Source of the DNA: a virus | Strand: one strand, 5' to 3' | Length of the DNA: 64,000 bases | Virus record (IMG/VR): IMGVR_UViG_3300028920_000048 | Part shown: piece by piece, positions 1 to 8,887 of the stretch | Position numbering within the stretch: the stretch's first letter is position 1 | Layout of the letters: each line of letters opens with the position of its first letter | The notes under the pieces: model-generated | Databases searched by the model: none | The model's input: only the letters and a program-made list of their open reading frames with translations | Told to the model about the DNA's origin: nothing | Made by a program: the position numbers and the translations under genes

Positions 1-1770
1 CACGGCGGCAATGACAACATCGAGCGAAACATCTTCAAAACTGGAGCAACCACACGCTTCCGAGCCGATATTCGTCTGACACGACAAAGCATCAACCCCC
101 GGACAACCATCCCACAAAATGACCGATGGTCTACCATAGGCCGCTGCAATACATGCCAGCCATGTACTAGGACCAATATAAAGACGAGAGAAAGCCACAG
201 CCTCACGGACAATACGCTGCTCCAAATAGCCACTCGCGCCAGAAACGCCATGTCCAAACGAAAAAACCAACCAACCGTTTGAAAGTAACCATCCAACAAG
301 CCTCGGCGCAACCCAGTCAGACCACCACTGCGGCAGACCGGACAACCATCCAGGCAACACGGCAACATCACGAGAAAAAAACTCCGACGGAATATCTAAA
401 GAGTCCATAGGCGGTTTCAAAACTGGTCTACATGGCACCGTTACACCAGCTTCAATACCTAGCAATCGCCCATACGCTTCAAACAACGACCCATCATACA
501 CATCTGGTAGATCAATCATGCCCGCACAAGACGAATCAACAAACTCAACACCTTTTATGAAATCTGAAAGCAATGAGCGAATCAAATCATCACCTGAGAC
601 TAGGCATAAACGACCAACCGACGGAACAACAGAAAGCGGAGCCGTCGCCAGCAAAGCCTTTGCCCTGTCCCTCGGAAGACGAACGACCCAAGCGTCGTCA
701 CCACGAGTCACATCAAGGCTCTGAACAAGCTCCGACGTGCCAGCACTTCTGTCCTCATGCACCAAATTGATCCTGCTCAACCTATCAATGCCATTAAGCT
801 TAGACTCCAAATCAGAAAGCTTCGCCAACGGATAGTCATTATACAAGGCAACCTCAACAAACAACCTCGCATCGGCTGGCGGCTCTCGAAGAGAAGCCAA
901 TCTGTACCACGACATAGCATCCTGAGTCTTTCCCATTGCTGAATACACGTACCCAAGCCCGCAATAAGGTTCTGCGAAACGATGATCTTCAGCCATCGCA
1001 CGATGAAACGCCCGTATAGCTTTCTCATACTGACGAAGCGTCAATTGACAACGACCAAGATACAAGAGTGCAAATAGCCTTTCTTCGGGCCAATCAGACC
1101 TGCTGACATACTGACGGTACATCTCCGCCGCTTTTTCCGGCTGATCGCCTTCACGATACGCATTGCCCAAATAAAAGCACGTTCGAGGATCTTGCCGCCC
1201 GCGCTCATAGTAATCCTTCTCCAGTATCGCAAGATTCCTTTGGACAGAACCAATCGTTTTCTTACCAGGCTTGTGATACACCTTGATGTCCTGACGGTAC
1301 ACCCTTGAATAACCCTGGGTCAACAAATACTCATGGCAGGCGTGCGTCTCATCAAAGACAATCCCACAATGGTTAGGAAACATTCTGACATGTTCCCATG
1401 CCACGCCCTGACTAACACACTGAAAGCTATATATCCTGTCCAAAGGTGAAGTTGCCCCAATTTCAACAATCTTGCCTGCACTCTCTGCATCGAAAACATC
1501 GTCACAATCGACCCAAATGACCCAGTCACCCACACACCTCTTGATCGCCTCATTCTTGGCTTTCCCGAACTCGAAGTCGCTAAAATGAGTATCCTGATCA
1601 AAGAACTCTGAGTCAAAGACATGTTGGGTGTAGTGTCTGGCAATCTCCTTTGTTGCGTCTGTGCTTCCGGTGTCAACAACCACGATGTCATCTGCGAAGA
1701 CTTTGACGCTTTCAAGACACCGAGCGATGTAATGCTCCTCATTCTTGGCAATGATCGCAACAGAGATCAA
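1..1770 (-). CDS. GT2 glycosyltransferase with TPR repeats and a C-terminal GT-B-like region (runs off the window edge; missing from the ORF track)
   Basis: Manual translation from TTG at 1770 (GAGG RBS upstream) is open to position 1: LISVAIIAKNEEHYIARCLESVKVFADDIVVVDTGSTD...WVIWVDCDD (GT2 with DxD), then TPR-like helices (FYLGNAYREGDQPEKAAEMY, EPYCGLGYVYSAMGKTQDAMSWY), then LYIGPSTWLACIAAAYGRPSV. Confidence 0.85.
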   Translation of the reverse strand, partial: MISVAIIAKNEEHYIARCLESVKVFADDIVVVDTGSTDATKEIARHYTQHVFDSEFFDQDTHFSDFEFGKAKNEAIKRCVGDWVIWVDCDDVFDAESAGKIVEIGATSPLDRIYSFQCVSQGVAWEHVRMFPNHCGIVFDETHACHEYLLTQGYSRVYRQDIKVYHKPGKKTIGSVQRNLAILEKDYYERGRQDPRTCFYLGNAYREGDQPEKAAEMYRQYVSRSDWPEERLFALLYLGRCQLTLRQYEKAIRAFHRAMAEDHRFAEPYCGLGYVYSAMGKTQDAMSWYRLASLREPPADARLFVEVALYNDYPLAKLSDLESKLNGIDRLSRINLVHEDRSAGTSELVQSLDVTRGDDAWVVRLPRDRAKALLATAPLSVVPSVGRLCLVSGDDLIRSLLSDFIKGVEFVDSSCAGMIDLPDVYDGSLFEAYGRLLGIEAGVTVPCRPVLKPPMDSLDIPSEFFSRDVAVLPGWLSGLPQWWSDWVAPRLVGWLLSNGWLVFSFGHGVSGASGYLEQRIVREAVAFSRLYIGPSTWLACIAAAYGRPSVILWDGCPGVDALSCQTNIGSEACGCSSFEDVSLDVVIAAV

Positions 1771-1773
1771 GCA

Positions 1774-2418
1774 TCACCTCTCGACCAACACACTCGTGAT
1801 ATTCACTTCCGTTTCACTCCAAGCCTTACGTATAATGTCCTCAAAATGACCCCACGCCAATGGCTCTGCCCGATTGTGGGCAAACCAATATGCCAATCCG
1901 GGCTTCGACAGAAGCCACAAATGCTCGTTCGGCTTGAAATGCCTCCAGTCCCGCAAAGACTCTGGATGCTCGGCACAAAACCACGACGGCAACTCAGGAT
2001 ATGAAATAAACGCCAAATCCCATTGGAGATCAAAAAGATAATCAATGTTCTTAAAGTGTTCAAGCACATCAGAAAGTACAACTAAATCCCAATAGGTATC
2101 CTCAAGTTCTTCCTTCGTGATCGACTCTCCACAAACATCATACGACACAATCGACTTAAAAGCCTTTTGACCTTGCATCATAAACTCGCCGTTGCCAGAG
2201 CCTATATCAACGACATGACATCTCTTCATCTCCCGAGAGCTAATATGAGATGCAAGCCAACCAATCCGAAGCCACGACATTGCAACGTCTGTGGACTGAG
2301 AAGCCTTATAGTCGTCATCGTATTCAAACGGCTCAGGATTGACCTGCCGCCACAAACTGGGCTTGGCTTCCTCATATACAGCGCCGTCAAGCTCGAATCG
2401 CCTGTCATCGTCAATCAT
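1774..2418 (-). CDS. Class I SAM-dependent methyltransferase
   Basis: VVDIGSGNG motif I and LVVLSDVLEHF motif; located in the glycan-modification cluster. Confidence 0.8.
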   Translation of the reverse strand: MIDDDRRFELDGAVYEEAKPSLWRQVNPEPFEYDDDYKASQSTDVAMSWLRIGWLASHISSREMKRCHVVDIGSGNGEFMMQGQKAFKSIVSYDVCGESITKEELEDTYWDLVVLSDVLEHFKNIDYLFDLQWDLAFISYPELPSWFCAEHPESLRDWRHFKPNEHLWLLSKPGLAYWFAHNRAEPLAWGHFEDIIRKAWSETEVNITSVLVER

Positions 2419-2419
2419 C

Positions 2420-2799
2420 CGATCAAACCCTGGTTTACCAAACCTGGAAAAACTTACCCAAGTTCAGAAGGGAGCCTCTCATCTCCCATAAAGAACGAGA
2501 AAACCTCTTCTCGTACTCCACCTGTACGACCAGTTGTAGGACAGGATTCGCCCAAGGGAGTCTCGCCCTTGCTAGTACCTATGGCAAGTCTTGAACTTGC
2601 TGCCAGTACCGGACCTGTGAGGTCGGCTTGTTTCGGTTTGAGAAAACAGTCCTCAAGCCACGAGTACGCCTTCTAAGTCAAAGCAGTCCCAAATTCTTCC
2701 TTCAAGGTTCAGCTTTGAGTTCTCTGACTCGTCCGACATAACCGTAAGATTTTCCAGATTTCTACAAGTTTTTATCTAGCTAATCAATCAGGCTCTTGA
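2420..2799 (-). ncRNA. Candidate structured non-coding RNA or leader (~380 nt, unassigned)
   Basis: No credible minus-strand ORF. Consecutive hairpins at 2470-2487, 2495-2514, 2521-2545, 2553-2571 and 2584-2600. Possible TTGATT-17-TAGAAA promoter near 2790-2760. Confidence 0.4.
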
Positions 2800-3630
2800 T
2801 CAGCACACATACTTATCATATTCCCGTTGAATGGTTTTGATACAATCCCTCGCACACTGGAGGTACTTTTCATGGTAGCCGTAGTTCTTTTCCATCGGCT
2901 CCATCAATCCACTCACATACGCCTCATCTTGCCAGTGTCCATGTAACATATAGACCGGCTCACCTTGGTGAGAATAAAGACCGTCATCGGTCTGTTTAAT
3001 GAACGTTTCTGGCTTCAACATCGTGTGGTGAATGTTCGTCCAAGAATAGGAACTAAGCCAGTACATCCGGGCTGACAAACCCATTGCCGCCGCAATCAGG
3101 TTAGGACAGCGCAAATCGTTTCCGCTCTGGTTAGTCCAAATTCTCTCCAAATAGTCATCAAACATGGAAGGATTGAAAAACGTCGGAACCGTACTAAATG
3201 TAGCGTGCACTTTCGAGAATCCATCAGGAACATCAATCCCGAACTCATCAAAATGATGCTGCTGAAAACGCAACATCGTGTTATCGGAGCACACAAGCAA
3301 AGTCCCGGCTTCTGCCATCCTGAAAATGTTGTCAATTGGTCGAATGAGCACCATATCAGCATCAAGCAAACCAACAACCTTGTACTGGCCGGCAAGTTGT
3401 CGAGCCAACTCAAACCTGAATGTCCGTATCCGGCGAAAGCTCGTATCGCACTCCGGCGCAAGCATGACATTGACAACCGCAATATCGTCAAACACGTCGT
3501 CGGGGAGGTCTCCTATCGTCGTTGCGTAAATTGCCGTATCCGGCATCCAAGTTGACAAGCTCTTGACCAACGCACGACCCTCGGCTTCGTATCCCCTCGT
3601 GACTGGGAAAATGAAAGCATAATCAGGCAT
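2800..3630 (-). CDS. GT-A fold glycosyltransferase (GT8-like)
   Basis: VGLLDADMVLIRPIDNIF DxD motif and C-terminal LHGHW; paralogous to 7081 and 7997. Confidence 0.7.
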   Translation of the reverse strand: MPDYAFIFPVTRGYEAEGRALVKSLSTWMPDTAIYATTIGDLPDDVFDDIAVVNVMLAPECDTSFRRIRTFRFELARQLAGQYKVVGLLDADMVLIRPIDNIFRMAEAGTLLVCSDNTMLRFQQHHFDEFGIDVPDGFSKVHATFSTVPTFFNPSMFDDYLERIWTNQSGNDLRCPNLIAAAMGLSARMYWLSSYSWTNIHHTMLKPETFIKQTDDGLYSHQGEPVYMLHGHWQDEAYVSGLMEPMEKNYGYHEKYLQCARDCIKTIQREYDKYVC

Positions 3631-4540
3631 CTACTGGCTCTCCGGTATCTTCATCTAGTTGCAATTCTGCCGTGTCTTCTTCTTGTTCTGACTCCGATTC
3701 TGGCTGCAACTCCGGCTCGGACTTTGCCATAATAGACCCCAACCAGCCGGAAACCGAACCATTGATATAGTCGCCCTTCAAGTCAACAATGGCAACCTTT
3801 TCCTTTGTATACGAAGAAATATCGTGTTCCTTCTGAAGGTAAAGCACCCTGTCAGGATACATCGACAGCGCCAAAGTCAAGGGACCGGAAGCAACACCAA
3901 TAAAGCATCGACACCGTTGAAGCAAGCCAATCAATGACGAAATCCTTGCCGAACAGCCCCGCACCGTGCTCGTAACACACGGGTATTTGACATTCATAGG
4001 ATTATGAAACATGTGTTGGTAATGCACCTCAATCGGCACAAGACCAGCACCAAGGATTTCATTCCATATCTGTCGTGCCGTGCGCTCATCACAATTGACG
4101 GACTGAGGCAATGCCGTGCCCTGAAAATGGACACCCACAAGCGGACTATCAAAGCTTGACAACTGCGCAAACTCTGACTTAATCTCCGCAGAATCAATGC
4201 CCAACTCCCGCTCACAACAATGTTCACTCTTGGTCACGCCAGAATTCTCAGCCATAAAGTAGTTCAACGAAAAAACCAAATCGTAAGCATCTTCATCCCA
4301 CTCCACCTTGCCGAAAATTTCTTCCTGACCGCTCTCGACGTACAGCGTGAAATCCACCTTCGGGTAAAGACGCACAAGCGCCTCATACGCCGGATAAAAC
4401 ATTATGGTATCGCCAAGACCGTGCCCGAAAAGAATCAGCACCTTTGCACCATCATAAAGGTGCTCAACCAGCTTCTTCTCCTTGAAGTCGTTAATCGCAT
4501 TGCTCTCTTTCGCCAACCGAGTATCTCCTTTCAACCTCAT
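3623..4540 (-). CDS. GT-B fold glycosyltransferase (GT9/heptosyltransferase-like)
   Basis: LILFGHGLGDTIMFYPAYEAL and FIGVASGPLTLA motifs; the real start may be TTG near 4516. Confidence 0.7.
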   Translation of the reverse strand: MRLKGDTRLAKESNAINDFKEKKLVEHLYDGAKVLILFGHGLGDTIMFYPAYEALVRLYPKVDFTLYVESGQEEIFGKVEWDEDAYDLVFSLNYFMAENSGVTKSEHCCERELGIDSAEIKSEFAQLSSFDSPLVGVHFQGTALPQSVNCDERTARQIWNEILGAGLVPIEVHYQHMFHNPMNVKYPCVTSTVRGCSARISSLIGLLQRCRCFIGVASGPLTLALSMYPDRVLYLQKEHDISSYTKEKVAIVDLKGDYINGSVSGWLGSIMAKSEPELQPESESEQEEDTAELQLDEDTGEPVDA

Positions 4541-5321
4541 AAGCCATCTCTACAACCATATTACGTCTTGACTCAATTGTATCAGGACACCGCACTGACT
4601 CTCCGTCCAGAAAAAGCCTTGAAGCTAGATTCAAGATTTCATCGTCGAAACCACAAACATACTCATCTTGGTCAATGTACTTCAACCACCTTGACATGAC
4701 CTTCATCTTGTTAGCCTGCCCATTATACTGTCTACGGTCGAAAGAACTTCCTCCGGCTTGCCCTGGCACCTTAAAAAGCCCATCGTTATTCGGACACTCC
4801 GGCAAACCGAGCCTCGCTTCTATGGAACGCCTATAGCCCTCTGAACTAAACCATCTGTTGTAGTTGATCTTCGCTGCCCACGACAAATAATCTGTGTCTT
4901 GGAGGAACTCTCTGGCGTAGACTTTCCAAAGCTCCGGCGGCGGCAAAGTAGGAGCCTGATTCCGGCTCGGCTTCGTCAATGTCTTCCACATCCTCAGCCG
5001 ACTGGCAAAAAGATTGAACGGGTCTCGAATCATTACAATACGGTCAACGCCAGCCGGACAACACAAGCCTGAAACCGCGTCGTGGACATCAAATTCACTT
5101 GAACTGAAATTGATATCCTCAAAACTTACCAAAGCCGCAAAACGATTATCACAACCGCTAAACCGCTCGCCGGGTATTCTACCGTTGTGATGATGCCACA
5201 AGCTCTTATCCCAATGCCAACCTACCCAATAAATGATCGCATGTTGCCCGCCACGACGCTGCCCAAGAAACAAGAAACAACGTTCATAAGTGGGAGTCGT
5301 CCTGTTCATCGCAAAAACCAT
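4491..5321 (-). CDS. Sulfotransferase-like P-loop protein
   Basis: LGQRRGGQHAII (5'-PSB-like) and MIRDPFNLFASR (3'-PB RDP..S-like) motifs; tandem paralogue of 5392. Confidence 0.55.
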   Translation of the reverse strand: MVFAMNRTTPTYERCFLFLGQRRGGQHAIIYWVGWHWDKSLWHHHNGRIPGERFSGCDNRFAALVSFEDINFSSSEFDVHDAVSGLCCPAGVDRIVMIRDPFNLFASRLRMWKTLTKPSRNQAPTLPPPELWKVYAREFLQDTDYLSWAAKINYNRWFSSEGYRRSIEARLGLPECPNNDGLFKVPGQAGGSSFDRRQYNGQANKMKVMSRWLKYIDQDEYVCGFDDEILNLASRLFLDGESVRCPDTIESRRNMVVEMAYEVERRYSVGEREQCD

Positions 5322-5391
5322 TCCTCAACTACCAAAGCCCTTATAGCAACCACCTGTCTGTTCTAAACCGCCCATATCCCCAACACAATTA

Positions 5392-6210
5392 CTACTCCGC
5401 TGACGATAAGGCTGTCCAGGGTGGGTATTTGGACTCAACCTCGAAAGCCATCTGCTCCACCAATTCCCGATGGGCGGTCACACTGGACGGGACTGATACC
5501 TTAAAACCATCCAGATACAAACGTGAAGCCATTGTTAAGACTTCTTCATCGAATGCCTTCACAAAGCCATCATCATTGAGAAAACCACACCATCTCGACA
5601 TCACCTGCATCTGATCCGCTTTCCCATCAAACTTGCGCTTGTCAAACGAACTTCCTTGACCCCAGTTCGTAACATCCTTCATCCCACGATCATTCAGCGT
5701 CAGTCCAAACTGCTCAGCAACGGACTGCCGGTAAGCCTTACATGAAAACCATTGATTGTAGCTAACAACAATCTTGTCCGGCAAATAACAGGTCTCACCA
5801 AGCGCCTCACGTGCGTACACCTTCCAGACGTCAACCGGAGTCATTTTCGTATTGGACTGAACACTTGCCCGATGCAAAGAATCAACCTTATAAATTTTCG
5901 ACCGACTCGCAAACATGTTAAACGGATCGCGGTGCATGAAAATCATGTGATTAGACACAGCATCGACACCACTCTCCTTAAAGAGTTCGGCAGGCTGACA
6001 TGACAGATTTCGGAAATCCCAGTCCTCAAAACTGATCAACATTACCGAGGCGTTTTTGTCCAGCTTCCGCCTCCCGACAGCCCTGCCCGGACGCCTGTTG
6101 TTGAAGTGCCGCCATTCATCGTCGTTCCAGTGTTTGAGCAACCAATTGATAATGCCGTGCTGACCACCACGACGCATCGAAAAGGTCAAAAACAACCGCT
6201 TAATCGGCAT
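5392..6210 (-). CDS. Sulfotransferase-like P-loop protein
   Basis: SMRRGGQHGII and MHRDPFNMFASR motifs; shares GSSFD.R...G.A..M.VMSRW with 4491. Confidence 0.55.
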   Translation of the reverse strand: MPIKRLFLTFSMRRGGQHGIINWLLKHWNDDEWRHFNNRRPGRAVGRRKLDKNASVMLISFEDWDFRNLSCQPAELFKESGVDAVSNHMIFMHRDPFNMFASRSKIYKVDSLHRASVQSNTKMTPVDVWKVYAREALGETCYLPDKIVVSYNQWFSCKAYRQSVAEQFGLTLNDRGMKDVTNWGQGSSFDKRKFDGKADQMQVMSRWCGFLNDDGFVKAFDEEVLTMASRLYLDGFKVSVPSSVTAHRELVEQMAFEVESKYPPWTALSSAE

Positions 6211-6258
6211 CCCAGCACCTCACCCTTCCAATGTTAATGTTCTGGAAACAGCCACACT

Positions 6259-6463
6259 GTCAACTACCGCCAGCACAAGGCATGGCGGCTTGCTCAATCC
6301 TACGAAGTAGGAGAGCATACGGGTGATTGACTGCACCCTGTTCCACTTACATGAGTGGAAAGAAAGTGATTATCTCTAATGTTATTTGCTGCATTTACAT
6401 CACTGTGCTCTGTATGACCACAACGAACATAAGACAACTACTGTCAATGCTCCAAGTTTGAGA
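6259..6463 (-). mobile_element. tnpB: IS200/IS605-family remnant: degenerate TnpB C-terminus plus right end encoding an omega-RNA scaffold
   Basis: Frameshifted SQTWS and VRCGHTEHSDVNAANNI (TnpB Zn-finger/RuvC-III DxNAA.NI). Followed by hairpins GGGTG-CAGTCAAT-CACCC, GCTC-TCCTAC/GTAGGA-TT-GAGC and CCGCCA/TGGCGG, ending GTAGTTGAC. Loop GTCAA can pair with terminal TTGAC. Confidence 0.75.
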
Positions 6464-7084
6464 CTATCTAATACGCCTCCAAAACCTGTAACCATGTCCT
6501 TTCATGCTCTTCTCACGATACGGCTTCCACTCGCCAGAAGCCTCCATATCGGCAAGCTCATCAAGCTGATCCTTTGTATCAGGATCATGTAAATACATCA
6601 AATCACAATACCGACGGGCATGTTTAATCGAATAAACCCTACCACTATCAGGTCCATCAACTAAACCAAGATCAAAATGCTCATCAAGATCGGCTGGTTC
6701 GCTATACCTGTTATCATGTTTAATTAGCTGGACTTGCTCGCCCATGCGTACCGTTTTACAAATACCAAACCAAACCGGATCGCACTCAATAGATACGATT
6801 CTCTTGATATTCTTCTCAAGCGCAAGAAGCTCAGTAGTCAATCCGGGACCATATTCGAGAACCGAACTAACTTGATGCTCCCGAACAAAAGCCACAAATT
6901 CGACCCAATGTCCACGATCTGGACGACCCGCTTGCCAAAGTATTCCAACGCCCTTCCCGGCAATAATCGAAGACATAGCCCGCTCAAGATAGTAGCGGCA
7001 CCTATTGCAAAGATTCCACGTAAATATTTGTTCTATCTTCGACTCATTAAAATCCAACTTGCACCAATCACAAATCATTATCAA
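6464..7084 (-). CDS. SAM-dependent methyltransferase-like protein
   Basis: VLEYGPGLTT motif I, RIVSIECD and LGLVDGP motifs. Confidence 0.55.
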   Translation of the reverse strand: MIMICDWCKLDFNESKIEQIFTWNLCNRCRYYLERAMSSIIAGKGVGILWQAGRPDRGHWVEFVAFVREHQVSSVLEYGPGLTTELLALEKNIKRIVSIECDPVWFGICKTVRMGEQVQLIKHDNRYSEPADLDEHFDLGLVDGPDSGRVYSIKHARRYCDLMYLHDPDTKDQLDELADMEASGEWKPYREKSMKGHGYRFWRRIR

Positions 7085-7983
7085 TCTCCCAATTGCGGAT
7101 TATGAACCGGACCCTTTTTCGTAAGCCACTCAATGCACCTTTTGAAACACTCAACGTTGTGCCGAGCATTTTCACGATAATGGTCCTGTTTCACATCCTC
7201 GACAAACTTTCTGCAAACACTTTCCATGTGCCATCTACGGTGTACAATGATCGCTCGCTCGTCTTTGTACGTAAGCATCGGTCGACCTTGATCATCTTCA
7301 GCCATGACCATCCTATCGAAATAATAGTCCGTAAAAACCCACAAATCATTGTTGAGCTGGATGACCCGCTCAGCCAGATTGTTCCGACAAACGGTCTTAA
7401 AAAGCGTCACCATGTCTCCGTAGGGCTCTTTCAAGCCCCATTCATAGACCTCTTCCATAAGCCACGCCCACTTGCTCGGAACGAAAAACAGTGGCATGTT
7501 GTGGAGCGAAGGACTGGCAGCACTACTCATCTTCTCCAAAGGCCAACTACCGTTGAGAATGTTCCGAAGCGGCACACCACGGGGATTTTGCGGCATAACA
7601 AGCTCGCCACTGCTGATCGCAAGTTCCATCTGCTTGTGGAAATTGCCCACAATAAACATATCAGTGTCCATAATCAGCACCGCATCATACTTGTCGGCAA
7701 TCCTCGGGATATACCTATACCGATAAAACCGTAGCTCCCATCCTGTCCGCTTGACTCCACTTTGGCTCTTTCTCTGCCTCTCAGAGTCCACAATATCAGG
7801 CCATCGTGTCAAAACCACACGATCAACAGCATCTAATTGGTCAAGATAGTCCGTTGGGACATCTTGATGCCCAATTAAGTGAATGTCAACGTCATTGTCG
7901 TAAGCCAATGCTCCGTTCACAATACAAGTTGTCAACGGGATCAACCCGTTCGAGAACGTTCCGACCAAAGCAAACCTTGCCAT
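7081..7983 (-). CDS. GT-A fold glycosyltransferase (GT8-like)
   Basis: RFYRY, VLIMDTDMFIV DxD motif and IVHRRW. Confidence 0.7.
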   Translation of the reverse strand: MARFALVGTFSNGLIPLTTCIVNGALAYDNDVDIHLIGHQDVPTDYLDQLDAVDRVVLTRWPDIVDSERQRKSQSGVKRTGWELRFYRYRYIPRIADKYDAVLIMDTDMFIVGNFHKQMELAISSGELVMPQNPRGVPLRNILNGSWPLEKMSSAASPSLHNMPLFFVPSKWAWLMEEVYEWGLKEPYGDMVTLFKTVCRNNLAERVIQLNNDLWVFTDYYFDRMVMAEDDQGRPMLTYKDERAIIVHRRWHMESVCRKFVEDVKQDHYRENARHNVECFKRCIEWLTKKGPVHNPQLGD

Positions 7984-7996
7984 TAAATTACTCCTT

Positions 7997-8887
7997 TTAG
8001 AAAAGCATACTGACGCTTTCCCACTTTACCAGACCATTATAATTGAACCAGTCCATCATTTTTCCAGCTATGACTCCACGTTTGCCTCTACGCTTTCGAC
8101 TCCAGTGAAATTTCCCATGAACAACACGAATACGACCAGCTTCACAAAACGCAAACGGCAAACCTTGCTTATCCACCCCAACTTCACCATTACCTAGCCC
8201 AAGACCCAACCACAAGTCCTTGTGAAGATGCACAACCTCGTCAGCCAACTCGTTCATCATAATCACATGGCTCACACCGACCATTTCATTGTAGCCAGTA
8301 TCCAGCGTGTACGCATACATCGAATCAAGCAACCAAGCCCATGATGAAGGAAAAATCACCGAATGACAAGAAAACGGACACACACCGGGCTTGCAAGCCT
8401 GAACAGGGTCAACAATATGGGTCCGATTAGGCTTCCACACTACCATGAATGGGACATCTGACGAGTCACACGCTGCATAGACATCCTTCAAGTCAGACAA
8501 AACAAAAGCATCACAATCGTAAATGGAAACCACATCATACGACCTCGCAAGCCACGCCGCATACTTGTAACGGCACGCCTGAACACACCAAAGCGGTCCA
8601 CGACGCAAACGCAATTCATCTTTCTCAATCAAACTATCATGACGAACAATATGCACACAGCCCAATGAGCGCAAAACCCGAAGATACATCTCCGGGAACT
8701 CTGGACTAACAAGTATGTGAATATCAATAGCCTTGCCATTGTACAGTAAACAACTATTCACAAAACTATTCAAGATTTCAGCAAAATCCGAAGTGGCCGT
8801 CACTACGGCAGCATAACGCCTACCTCGACTTGGTTCGTCTTCCCTTGTTCTTCTTTCTTCGCCTTCTCGGCTTTTTTTTTCTACCAC
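7997..8887 (-). CDS. GT-A fold glycosyltransferase (GT8-like); start uncertain
   Basis: CRYKY, SIYDCDAFVL DxD motif and VVHGKFHW; GTG start overlaps the upstream gene across an A9 run. Confidence 0.65.
   Translation of the reverse strand: MVEKKSREGEERRTREDEPSRGRRYAAVVTATSDFAEILNSFVNSCLLYNGKAIDIHILVSPEFPEMYLRVLRSLGCVHIVRHDSLIEKDELRLRRGPLWCVQACRYKYAAWLARSYDVVSIYDCDAFVLSDLKDVYAACDSSDVPFMVVWKPNRTHIVDPVQACKPGVCPFSCHSVIFPSSWAWLLDSMYAYTLDTGYNEMVGVSHVIMMNELADEVVHLHKDLWLGLGLGNGEVGVDKQGLPFAFCEAGRIRVVHGKFHWSRKRRGKRGVIAGKMMDWFNYNGLVKWESVSMLF

Noticed and set aside
1768-1776. TGA read-through fusing the methyltransferase to the GT2-TPR gene
   Set aside because: A GAGG RBS is correctly spaced before the TTG, so independent initiation explains the layout.
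2420-2799. Group I or group II intron
   Set aside because: Intergenic position, no convincing P7 (R/S) pairing and no domain V.
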